Source of the DNA: a virus
Lineage: Duplodnaviria > Caudoviricetes
Reading direction: 5' to 3' (one strand)
DNA: 45,153 nt
IMG/VR virus record: IMGVR_UViG_3300037851_000618
Span: 1-45,153 of that record
Under the pieces are notes generated by a model that saw only the letters and a program-made list of their open reading frames with translations, searched no databases and was not told where the DNA came from. A program made the position numbers and the translations under genes. How positions within the stretch are numbered: position 1 is the stretch's first letter; every line of letters begins with the position of its first letter. Of this stretch, positions 28,517 to 37,027 are shown piece after piece.

Positions 28517-28891
28517 ATGTTTAATGAAAAAGAATATATGAAAGAATATTACAAAAGAAATAAAGATAAAATTAAAGCAAGAACTAAAAATTGGAAATTA
28601 AATAATAGAGAAAGAAAAACAGAACTAAATAAAATTCATATAAGGAAACATAAAGAATATTATAGTAAGAAAGTGAGAGAATGGCAAAAAAATCACATAG
28701 AGATATACAAAGCACAAAAACAGGTATATTATGCAATAAGGCGAGGACAGATACCAAAAGCAAAAACCTTAATTTGTGTAAAATGTGGACAACAAGCAAA
28801 AGAATACCACCACTACAAAGGTTATTTAAAAGAGAATTGGTTAGATGTTATACCTTTATGCAAAAAATGTCATTTCTTTATAGACAAATAG
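28517..28891 (+). CDS. HNH-like zinc endonuclease
   Basis: CVKC...EYHHYKGY...LDVIPLCKKCH with a basic helical N-terminus. Confidence 0.7.
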   Translation: MFNEKEYMKEYYKRNKDKIKARTKNWKLNNRERKTELNKIHIRKHKEYYSKKVREWQKNHIEIYKAQKQVYYAIRRGQIPKAKTLICVKCGQQAKEYHHYKGYLKENWLDVIPLCKKCHFFIDK

Positions 28892-28903
28892 GAGAGGATT
28901 TTT

Positions 28904-29548
28904 ATCGGATTTTCTGGATTTAAAGCTAAATTAAGTTATCAGACCGAGAATTTTGCAATAAGCACAGATATACGCTTTAAAAAAATGGAAATCGTAGATT
29001 TAAGCAAAGAAGTAGAAATAGTAACACGCAACAAAGATAACGGACTTATAGCTAAAAAACAAAGTGTGGACTCTCTATCTGGTGAGAAGGTTGCCTTTAA
29101 TTACCGATATATAGATGAAGAAGGAAACGAAGTAAGCAAAGAAAGAATAGGGTTTTTCTTGAAAAAGAATGGTCGAGAGATAGAAGTTAAACCTTATGCA
29201 AGATCAACAGAATTGGTAATTAAAGGAGAAATACCTATGGATAGGGAAACAGATTTTAGTATAGAGTCTATATACGAATTATGGGCAGATGACTCTAATA
29301 CGCTATGGAAATTAGCTAAAAAACTACATGAAAACAATAGTTTAGCTGTATCTAAATATACATTTGGGAATGGATTTAAACAAAGTATTGTATTACTAAA
29401 ACCTATAATACAAGAAGATAAATTCGTGTTCCAGATGTTATTAACACAGAAAAAGAAAGAATATACGAAGCTTATGCCTATTCTGAAAGCAGAAAAAATA
29501 AAAGAATCTGTGCCGACATTAGAAAACTTAATGGAAGCTATAATATAA
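28904..29548 (+). CDS. ku: Divergent Ku-like DNA end-binding protein (ATG at 28985; possible ATC start at 28904)
   Basis: Collinear by-eye match to prokaryotic Ku core: YRYIDEEGNEVSKERI, STELVIKGEIP...IESIYELWAD, LWKLAKKLHENNSLAVSKYTF...IVLLKP; adjacent to a ligase. Confidence 0.68.
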   Translation: MGFSGFKAKLSYQTENFAISTDIRFKKMEIVDLSKEVEIVTRNKDNGLIAKKQSVDSLSGEKVAFNYRYIDEEGNEVSKERIGFFLKKNGREIEVKPYARSTELVIKGEIPMDRETDFSIESIYELWADDSNTLWKLAKKLHENNSLAVSKYTFGNGFKQSIVLLKPIIQEDKFVFQMLLTQKKKEYTKLMPILKAEKIKESVPTLENLMEAII

Positions 29549-29564
29549 ATTTTTGGTGAGGGGA

Positions 29565-30305
29565 ATGTATAATCCGAGTCTATGTGTAGAGTTTAAAATA
29601 TCTGAAATAGATAAACTAAAAAATCATATATTTCAGAATAAAGAAGATGGTATGAGAGTTTTAGCCGAGATTAAAGATACTGTAACTCTATATAATAGAC
29701 ATAACGAGGTTATACATTTTCCCTTAATTCAAGAAGCATTAAAAGAGTTTCCTAATTGTGTTTTAGATGGTGAACTAATTAGTGATGATTTTAGTAAATT
29801 AGTCAGTATTGCACATAGTAATAATAAAGATGAGAGTAGTTTAAAGTTTATAGTATTTGATATTTTAGAAATTGAAGGTAAATATATAGGTAACCGACCA
29901 TATACTACTCGTAGGTTGAACTTATCTCTTTTACCTTTTAATGATAAAATACAATTAATACAAGATTATACAGATTATAAACATATATGGGAAACATCTA
30001 AAGAAGGCATTATAGCCAAGCGTAGAAATTCAATATATCAACATAAGAGAACTACGGATTGGATTAAAATCAAACATTTTAAAGAGAAAATATTAAAATT
30101 TGATAAATATGAACTTCATAGTAATGAAGCAGGGATTACTCTCGATAACGGCAAGGATAGAGTTTCGGTAGGTAGTCAAGAGATCAGTAACCAAATAATA
30201 GAATACCTTAAAGGTCATACTTTTATATCGGTAGAAGTGCAATATCTGGAAGATAACGAACACTTGAGGTTTCCGAGTTTTAAAAGAATAGTGGGGGGAG
30301 AATAA
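29565..30305 (+). CDS. lig: Minimal ATP-dependent DNA ligase
   Basis: Motif I KEDGMR, III VLDGEL, IIIa FIVFDIL, IV EGIIAK, V WIKIK, VI LRFPSF; GGTGAGG RBS before ATG 29565. Confidence 0.92.
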   Translation: MYNPSLCVEFKISEIDKLKNHIFQNKEDGMRVLAEIKDTVTLYNRHNEVIHFPLIQEALKEFPNCVLDGELISDDFSKLVSIAHSNNKDESSLKFIVFDILEIEGKYIGNRPYTTRRLNLSLLPFNDKIQLIQDYTDYKHIWETSKEGIIAKRRNSIYQHKRTTDWIKIKHFKEKILKFDKYELHSNEAGITLDNGKDRVSVGSQEISNQIIEYLKGHTFISVEVQYLEDNEHLRFPSFKRIVGGE

Positions 30306-30463
30306 TGTGCAAAAAATGTAAATTAATAGATGAATGGAACAAAATTTGTCAAGAATTTGAAACTATAATATCCGAGTATGAAGATAAGAGAACACTTTAC
30401 AGAGCTAAAATATTAGAAATTGAAGAAAAAATTTTAAAGGTAAAGTCATGTGGGAGAGGGTAA
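30305..30463 (+). CDS. 52-aa hypothetical protein
   Basis: Read manually; TAATG-coupled to the ligase stop. Confidence 0.5.
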   Translation: MCKKCKLIDEWNKICQEFETIISEYEDKRTLYRAKILEIEEKILKVKSCGRG

Positions 30464-30464
30464 A

Positions 30465-31589
30465 ATGGTTAAATTGTATGAAGCAACAGAAAAGCAGATT
30501 AAAAAGAGTTTAAAACTTAATGACTCAATAGATTTAAAGGCTCTATGGGATAGCAAATTAACTAAAAAAGAGAATATAACTAACCTATGTGAACAGCTTA
30601 ATATTTCTCTCGTAAAGCATACTAAAGCTCAAGATAAGGACAACCAAGCACAAGCAGAAGAATACTTACAACAAGAACTCAATAGAATTATAGAGGAAAC
30701 CGAGCAATTAGAAAAAGAAGCATTAAAAGAAATCCGTAATTCTTCACCAAATATAGAAAAGCACTTCTATATACCTATAAACTATATAAAAAATGTAACT
30801 CAAGCACAAGAAGATGATGGGCTTTATTCTTTTATCTGGTTAGGTAATGCAGGATTGGGTAAAACACATACGACTATACAAGAACTCAATAAGATAGGTG
30901 AGAAGGGGAAGGATTGGGAAATATTAAGTGGTTACGCTACCCCGTTGGAACTCTATACTTTCCTATATGAGAATAAAGATAAGATAGTAGTTTTAGATGA
31001 TATACCAAGCTTATTTGATAATCCGATTAGTTATCATATACTTCTCTCTATACTATGGAATGTAAGTAAGGTAAGAACAGTATCCTACTTAAGCAGTAGT
31101 CAGAAACTAAAAGTGCCTTCAAAATTTGATTTTAGAGGTAAGGTTATTTTCTTGACAAACATAATGCCTAAAGAAGCCGAATCTCTAAAATCAAGATGTT
31201 TATTTTACGAAACTAAATTTAGTTATGCCGACAAGATTGCAGTAATGCAGGAGATAGCTAAAATACGAGAAATACCCAATGAAATTATAGACTATGTAGT
31301 AGATAACACAGATGAAACTACTAACAACCTTAATTTTAGGTTACTTATTAAGATATATGGATTATACAAGATGGATAAAACTAATTGGAAACAGTTAGCT
31401 GATGAGCAGTTAAACAAAGATGAGTATATGTCTTTAGTAAAAACACTCACAAAAACCATAAATAAGGTATCGGAACAGGTATCCAAATGGACAGATGAAA
31501 CAGGTATGTCCAGAAGAAGCTTCTTTTATTATAAGAAACGAATGGAAAAGGATTGGGAACAAAGAAGTGCAAAAGTGCAAAGGATTTGA
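30465..31589 (+). CDS. AAA+ ATPase with C-terminal HTH (possible replication initiator/loader)
   Basis: Walker A GNAGLGKT, Walker B IVVLDD, sensor IFLTN, Arg finger LKSR, C-terminal 'TGMSRRSFFYYK'. Confidence 0.82.
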   Translation: MVKLYEATEKQIKKSLKLNDSIDLKALWDSKLTKKENITNLCEQLNISLVKHTKAQDKDNQAQAEEYLQQELNRIIEETEQLEKEALKEIRNSSPNIEKHFYIPINYIKNVTQAQEDDGLYSFIWLGNAGLGKTHTTIQELNKIGEKGKDWEILSGYATPLELYTFLYENKDKIVVLDDIPSLFDNPISYHILLSILWNVSKVRTVSYLSSSQKLKVPSKFDFRGKVIFLTNIMPKEAESLKSRCLFYETKFSYADKIAVMQEIAKIREIPNEIIDYVVDNTDETTNNLNFRLLIKIYGLYKMDKTNWKQLADEQLNKDEYMSLVKTLTKTINKVSEQVSKWTDETGMSRRSFFYYKKRMEKDWEQRSAKVQRI

Positions 31590-31648
31590 GAATATATGTG
31601 TATTTGGGAACAAAGAACAGGGCATTTTGGGAACAAAGAACAGGGCAT
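31553..31648. repeat. 23-bp tandem direct repeat plus one partial copy
   Basis: TTTGGGAACAAAGAACAGGGCAT at 31603-31625 and 31626-31648; TTGGGAACAAAGAA at 31553-31566. Confidence 0.9.
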
Positions 31649-32057
31649 AGCTGTTATAGAAATGTTAAAAGACTTCAAAGGGAATGGTATAAACGCTTTC
31701 AAAAAGAATCCTGATTTAATACGACATTATAGAATTATGTCAGAGGTAACTTTCCATATAAAGCTAAACATGAACAACTCCAAGATTTTAAAAAAGAAAA
31801 AGAAGCTAATTATAACAGATTAATGCGTATGTTTGTGAGGCGTTATAAATGATGAAATTGGTAGTAGTGTGGGATCAGCAGGAAGTCAGTATTGATTTAT
31901 TGCTTAAACGTATAAGAGAGGAAATACGAGAAGGTTATACTAATGGAAGTAATCCAGATTGGTATATGATACCTCAATGAGATAGGTAGGTTTTTAAAAG
32001 TGCATTTCGCACTCCCTCCCGAAGTAAAATTGGCTTGTCCGATTTCCTGCCCTCAAT

Positions 32058-32360
32058 ATGAGATACATAATTTGCGTAATTGTATTGGTATTGATATTAG
32101 TCGGCACAATACAATTAGATACAATTCAACATGAACAGATACATGAACAGATATGTAAATATTTTAATGGTAAACCAACTGTGCATATAGGTTTCCTTTC
32201 GGGCCATATAACCTGCGATAACCATATTCAAGAAGGATATTGGGAAACACAATCACAAGTAGAAATTGCAAGTTACCAAAATACGGTGCTACTTCTATTT
32301 ATATTTTTTATAGTTTTATTTTTTATAAGTATAAAATTTCTCATGGAAGATAATTTTTAA
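32058..32360 (+). CDS. Two-TM membrane protein with HExxH
   Basis: Hydrophobic N- and C-termini; HEQIH. Confidence 0.6.
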   Translation: MRYIICVIVLVLILVGTIQLDTIQHEQIHEQICKYFNGKPTVHIGFLSGHITCDNHIQEGYWETQSQVEIASYQNTVLLLFIFFIVLFFISIKFLMEDNF

Positions 32361-32613
32361 TTTAACGTTTTAAAGTATTATAGAGTATAAATTGAACAGA
32401 CACCCATCTATTTCTCATGGAACTGTATATAAAATATATTTCTATGTATATAAATATAACAGACTTATGATAATCAATGAACATTCAAAAAATAAATTAT
32501 TCTACAGGAAATCATGGGGGGAGGTCATTTTTAAAGTATTTTAAAGGGATACTTATATAACTGCACAGTAAACTATATAAGTAAGGACATATATATAATT
32601 ATAAGTGATAAAC

Positions 32614-32754
32614 ATGTTAGCAATCTATGAGAACATCGTAAATGAATTAAGTATGCTTAGAAGGGAAGCTATATTTAATGGAGATTATAGCCAAGCTGAA
32701 GAAATTAAAGCTCAGATTAATAGTATAAATAATATTATAAGAAGAATGGATTAA
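32614..32754 (+). CDS. 46-aa UVR-motif-like helical hairpin protein
   Basis: REAIFNGDYSQAEEIKAQI resembles the UvrB/UvrC motif; TATA box upstream. Confidence 0.45.
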   Translation: MLAIYENIVNELSMLRREAIFNGDYSQAEEIKAQINSINNIIRRMD

Positions 32755-32841
32755 GCTTCATGAGATTCGAACTCGCATGTCCGCGAAGACTCTTAAGCAT
32801 CTGCTTAAGACTGGTGAGGTTCCGATTCCTCAACGGCAGCA
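32755..32841. ncRNA. Multi-hairpin tRNA-like element / tRNA remnant
   Basis: Minus strand has GAG-TTCGAAT-CTC T-arm and GTC-TTCGCG-GAC arm; plus strand has TGAGG-TTCCGATT-CCTCA; central TCTTAAGCA/TGCTTAAGA palindrome; no canonical acceptor stem. Confidence 0.45.
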
Positions 32842-33081
32842 TGCAGAATAATGCATAGGGAAAACTACAATACTTTCGAAATGAAGTATGTCTGTGCAAT
32901 CTCCATACCTCTTTGTTTTCTTATTTCATTTTCGGTTTCTATTGTTTGCATTATGTATCACCTACTATGTTATTAGTTAATCATATATTTGATAGTAAAG
33001 TATTTAAGCTTCATTAACTAATATATCAGTATGAAATACATAAACAACAAATATATACCGAGCAAATCCAATACATTACTA

Positions 33082-33219
33082 ATGGCGAAAGTTCAGATTC
33101 TTGTTGATGGCTTCAAGTGTGAAAGATGTAGTCACGAATGGGCACCACGCATGAAAGGCAATCCCCGTGTATGTCCTCACTGCCATTCTCCTTATTGGGA
33201 TAAACCTAAAAAGAAGTGA
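33082..33219 (+). CDS. Small zinc-ribbon protein (CERC...CPHC...W)
   Basis: MAKVQILVDGFKCERCSHEWAPR...CPHCHSPYWD; directly upstream of the methyltransferase. Confidence 0.7.
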   Translation: MAKVQILVDGFKCERCSHEWAPRMKGNPRVCPHCHSPYWDKPKKK

Positions 33220-33226
33220 TTAATTA

Positions 33227-34873
33227 GTGTTACTTATGCAAATGGCTTCGAAGCAGAAACTACGAGGAGGCTTCTATACGCCTGAGGCTATAGCTTCATT
33301 TATTCTAAAATGGGCAGTAAACGGCAACAAATATTATGATGTTCTGGAACCAAGTTGCGGAGACGGGGTATTTTTAGAGCAGATAAGAGAAAATGATTTC
33401 GAGTGTAATTCAGTTACAGCCGTAGAAATAGACAAGGTAGAAGCCGACAAAGCCAGAAAAATCAATCTTCCACATTCAAAAGTATTGAATGAAGACTTTT
33501 ACAAATTTTGCAATAACACAGAAAACAGATTTGATTTGGTTATAGGAAATCCTCCATATATTCGCTATCAATATTTTGACAAAGACCAAAGAGCGGGAGC
33601 CGAAAGAATTTTTGAACGTGCAGAAATCAAGTATTCCAAACTTATGAATTCTTGGGTTTCTTTTGTGATTGGTTCGAGTTTATTACTCAAGGAAAAAGGA
33701 AAAATAGGATTTGTTCTTCCAGCAGAAATACTCCAAGTATCATATGCAAAGCAGTTGAGAACTTTTCTTGCCCGTTATTATAACAAAATAAATATAGTAT
33801 CGTTCAGAAAACTTGTATTTCCACACATACAACAAGAAGTTGTTTTGCTTCTTTGCGAAAAGAACGGGACAGACTCTCATTTAATTGAGCATCTTGAACT
33901 TGAAGACGCATCAGAGCTTGAAAGACTTGATGTCAGAAAACTAAAAAGTCCAAAGAAGCACATAGATTTCAAATCGAATAAGTGGACATTCTATTTCTTG
34001 GAACAGGAGGAAATAGATTTCATAGAAACCTTGCTAAATCAAAACACAATAAAACCAATACGTCATTATGCCAAAGTGGAAGTTGGTATGACAACAGGTT
34101 TCAATAAATTCTTCACTGTGCCATCCGAAATAGTAGAGGAATATAACTTACATGATTACGTCAGACCTATGGTTGGAAGGAGCGTTCAGGTTTCAAGCGT
34201 CATATTCAATAAAACGGATTGGAAAGATAATGTCAAGGCTGGAGCAAGAGCCTACTTTATTCATTTTCCTTCATTGAAGGAATTGAAAAACAACAAGAGA
34301 GCATTAGACTACATCAAAGAAGGAGAAAAAGCTGGTATTCACAAACTCTATAAGACAAGTATTCGTGATGAATGGCATACCATGCCTTCGGTTTGGATTT
34401 CCGAGGCTTTGTTCATCAGAAGAAATAACATCTATCCAAGATTCATAATAAATGAGGCAAAAGCCTACACTACTGATACGATGCACAGGGTTATGATTAG
34501 GAAGGACGCTAATCTTATCACAGGAAAGCCCATTAACATTAAGGCACTTGTAGCGAGTTACTATAATTCTCTTTCATTCGCTTTCGCTGAGATATGTGGC
34601 AGAAGTCATGGAGGTGGAGTTTTGGAACTGATGCCTAATGAAGTTGAGAACGTACTGCTTCCATACAATGACAAGAATGCCGAAATACTTGACAAGATAG
34701 ATAGAATGCTAAGGTCGGGTAAAAATATAGATGATGTCCTCAAAATCACTGATAAAATAATACTAAAGCAAAATTACGGATTCTCAGATTATCAGATTAA
34801 ACTTGCTAATCGTATCTGGAAAAAGCTACTCAAAAGGCGACTTGAAAGAAACACTCCTAAATTATCTCAATAA
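33227..34873 (+). CDS. Adenine DNA methyltransferase, gamma class (Eco57I/BsuBI-like), orphan
   Basis: GGFYTP, LEPSCGDG (motif I), NPPY (motif IV), C-terminal target-recognition region. Confidence 0.92.
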   Translation: MLLMQMASKQKLRGGFYTPEAIASFILKWAVNGNKYYDVLEPSCGDGVFLEQIRENDFECNSVTAVEIDKVEADKARKINLPHSKVLNEDFYKFCNNTENRFDLVIGNPPYIRYQYFDKDQRAGAERIFERAEIKYSKLMNSWVSFVIGSSLLLKEKGKIGFVLPAEILQVSYAKQLRTFLARYYNKINIVSFRKLVFPHIQQEVVLLLCEKNGTDSHLIEHLELEDASELERLDVRKLKSPKKHIDFKSNKWTFYFLEQEEIDFIETLLNQNTIKPIRHYAKVEVGMTTGFNKFFTVPSEIVEEYNLHDYVRPMVGRSVQVSSVIFNKTDWKDNVKAGARAYFIHFPSLKELKNNKRALDYIKEGEKAGIHKLYKTSIRDEWHTMPSVWISEALFIRRNNIYPRFIINEAKAYTTDTMHRVMIRKDANLITGKPINIKALVASYYNSLSFAFAEICGRSHGGGVLELMPNEVENVLLPYNDKNAEILDKIDRMLRSGKNIDDVLKITDKIILKQNYGFSDYQIKLANRIWKKLLKRRLERNTPKLSQ

Positions 34874-35078
34874 AAAATGGTTCTCTTCGTGGCATGTAAG
34901 TGTCTTCTAATATCTTTTGAAGATGTGGCGTAATTCTTCCAAGAGTACAACCATTTGAAACATTATGAGAAGATAGCATAAACATAAACTCTTTAGCTTT
35001 TGTTGTAGGCTCATAATGTTTGTCTATTGTATGTGACCATATAGACAAATCTATAACAAAAATAGGAGAATCGGGCAT
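34857..35078 (-). pseudogene. Possible truncated PIN-domain protein
   Basis: N-terminal 'FVIDLSIW' resembles PIN strand 1; ends antisense within the methyltransferase 3' end. Confidence 0.3.
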
Positions 35079-35091
35079 TGGTTACACCAGT

Positions 35092-35316
35092 TTAATGTGT
35101 TATTATCTTTTCAAACACATCCTTTGTATAAGGTTCTGCCGCTTTAACGGTAAGTGTAGGAGAATTATTTGTTAACGTCAGAACCAGTAAGTCGTTATCT
35201 GTAGCTTTATCTATTGCAATTCTTGCAGACGATTCGACCTTTATAAAATTGGATTCGTTAAACTCGCTCTTTTTAATAAGTTTGAATCTTTCAAATTTTT
35301 CTTCCATTTTCAACAC
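35092..35316 (-). CDS. Hypothetical protein
   Basis: AGGTG RBS before MEEK. Confidence 0.55.
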   Translation of the reverse strand: MLKMEEKFERFKLIKKSEFNESNFIKVESSARIAIDKATDNDLLVLTLTNNSPTLTVKAAEPYTKDVFEKIITH

Positions 35317-35423
35317 CTACATACCACTAAGTACTTGTTATATATAACATAGCAAGAATAAAAAGATTTGGTAAGTACTACAAAAACATTACAAGTAAGT
35401 CTTATTTACTCGTAACTCATATT

Positions 35424-35561
35424 TCACTTGTTCAACGCTTCCTTGATTATCTTCTCTACCTGGCATAAATCGGTATCGTAAACGGTAATACTTCTACTCT
35501 TATTGCTATTTCTGTCTCTTATTGTGATTGTAATACTGGCTGGTTTCTTTGTAGTTACCAT
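35424..35561 (-). CDS. 45-aa protein divergent from the transposase remnant
   Basis: Read manually: MVTTKKPASITITIRDRNSNKSRSITVYDTDLCQVEKIIKEALNK. Confidence 0.5.
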   Translation of the reverse strand: MVTTKKPASITITIRDRNSNKSRSITVYDTDLCQVEKIIKEALNK

Positions 35562-35604
35562 ATTTGGTATATGATTTGTTAACTTTAAGTAGTTTTGTAT
35601 TATC

Positions 35605-35636
35605 TGTTACACAGAATGTTAACAAAATGTGTAACA
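35605..35636. promoter_or_regulatory. 32-bp interrupted palindrome, putative operator
   Basis: TGTTACACA-GAA-TGTTAACA-AAA-TGTGTAACA between divergent genes. Confidence 0.6.
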
Positions 35637-35650
35637 TAAAAGTGATAACT

Positions 35651-35797
35651 ATGCAGCAAACATATCAAAACCGTAACTGGTCTCTCTATAATCATGCCAT
35701 GACAAAGGAAAAATTCATAGCTTTCAGGCTGATCTCCGATGCAGTAAATGCTATGCAAATTCCTTACTGCTACAAAGGCAATGGGCGGTCACTTTAG
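35651..35797 (+). pseudogene. N-terminal fragment of an archaeal IS5/ISNCY-like transposase
   Basis: 'TYQNRNWSLYNHAMTKEK...GNGR' resembles the W..YN.AQT.EK...GRP N-terminus; stops after 48 aa. Confidence 0.55.
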
Positions 35798-35831
35798 GAG
35801 CAAAGCTTCCAGGATTAGCTTTGCTCCTAAA
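35793..35831. repeat. Perfect 15-bp inverted repeat with 9-nt loop
   Basis: TTTAGGAGCAAAGCT / AGCTTTGCTCCTAAA; extra partial copy TGCTCCTAAAG at 35840-35850. Confidence 0.9.
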
Positions 35832-36208
35832 CCCTGTCCTGCTCCTAAAGTCCAAAAGGGTATTGCATCCAAAAATTACTGGTCAAAATAAGGCATATTA
35901 AATGAACACAAAAATCCAATACTCTGAATAAATTGAATAAATTTTGTATATAATTATAAATTTATGCGTAACTTTCTATAAACTTCTTGAGATATTAAAG
36001 AAAAATGAATCGACAAGACAGATAAACAAAAGTAAAAAAGAATAAAATTATAAGGAAATTATAACTTACTACAACGTAAGCGTAACCTTGGTATAGGGTA
36101 CGCTGTAATAGTTAATTATATGAGTAAAGTATATAAGCATTTACATTAAAGGAAGTATATTTTAAAGACTACAAATCTTTATATATAGTTAAATATTATA
36201 GAGAGAAT

Positions 36209-36631
36209 ATGTCCGAGATAAAAGGTATTATAGATAAAATCAATAAGCCTAAGAAATTCGGGCAATCTTTCGGGTGTGGTCTAGCCATTTCTGGCGTATG
36301 GTACAATTTCTTTGGAAAAGAAGAAGACTGTAAAAATATGTTCCAGGGTTTAAAGCAGGGTGACGAGGTATCCGTTACCTATGATAAAGGAGATAAATAT
36401 AATATTATAAAAGAGATAGAAATCCGTGCTGAAGTGGAATCCGAAAAGTCGGAGCAGGGGTTCAGAGGTCCGGCTGACCTTAATGCTCTGGCTTTACTTG
36501 AGAGAGCTATTCAGATCGCTGATAAAGATTATTTTAGTGATTTCAAAAAAGATGGCAATTACTATGATACTGTTATACTATATTGGAAGAAACTAATAGA
36601 AGAATTTAAGGCGATTAGGCAAGAAGTATGA
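36209..36631 (+). CDS. Putative OB-fold ssDNA-binding protein
   Basis: 'IKGIIDKI...WYNFF...LKQGDEVSVTY...YNII' OB-like strand pattern; leaderless promoter 31 nt upstream. Confidence 0.5.
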   Translation: MSEIKGIIDKINKPKKFGQSFGCGLAISGVWYNFFGKEEDCKNMFQGLKQGDEVSVTYDKGDKYNIIKEIEIRAEVESEKSEQGFRGPADLNALALLERAIQIADKDYFSDFKKDGNYYDTVILYWKKLIEEFKAIRQEV

Positions 36632-36658
36632 ATTTCAGAATCATAGGAGTGAACAGGA

Positions 36659-36811
36659 ATGAAAACAAGAGAAATTTGTCAATGTGGTCATGAGAAGTTA
36701 GAACATAACCACTATGGAAGTAGGACACTTGGTATTTCAAAAACGTTTTATGAGTGTAATATATGTTCATGTAAAAGATGTTATATAGCTTTGAAGGAGG
36801 CTAGAGCATGA
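36659..36811 (+). CDS. 50-aa Cys/His microprotein (family copy 2)
   Basis: MKTREICQCGHEKLEHNHYGSRTLGISKTFYECNICSCKRC... Confidence 0.7.
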   Translation: MKTREICQCGHEKLEHNHYGSRTLGISKTFYECNICSCKRCYIALKEARA

Positions 36812-36966
36812 AAAGATTAGTAACTGTAAATATTCAATGTCCAATCTGCGGTTATAGTGAACAGTGCAGAGGTTGGAAACAGATAAAAGAAACTATGCAA
36901 AATCAACGTGACCACTTTAGAGAAGAACATATGACTCCTTTAGGAGTGATTATACCAAACTTGTAA
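36808..36966 (+). CDS. 52-aa C2H2-like Zn-finger protein
   Basis: CPIC...HFREEH; GGAGG RBS; ATGA overlap. Confidence 0.6.
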   Translation: MKRLVTVNIQCPICGYSEQCRGWKQIKETMQNQRDHFREEHMTPLGVIIPNL

Positions 36967-37027
36967 AAAAGGTTATGATTGTTTTTGTGGGAAATTAAAG
37001 GAGAAATCCAAGAGAGGTGTTTAGAAA

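Noticed and set aside
31553-31648. CRISPR mini-array
   Set aside because: The two full copies are contiguous with no spacer
32755-32841. Complete functional tRNA gene
   Set aside because: No 7-bp acceptor stem or D-arm can be formed on either strand
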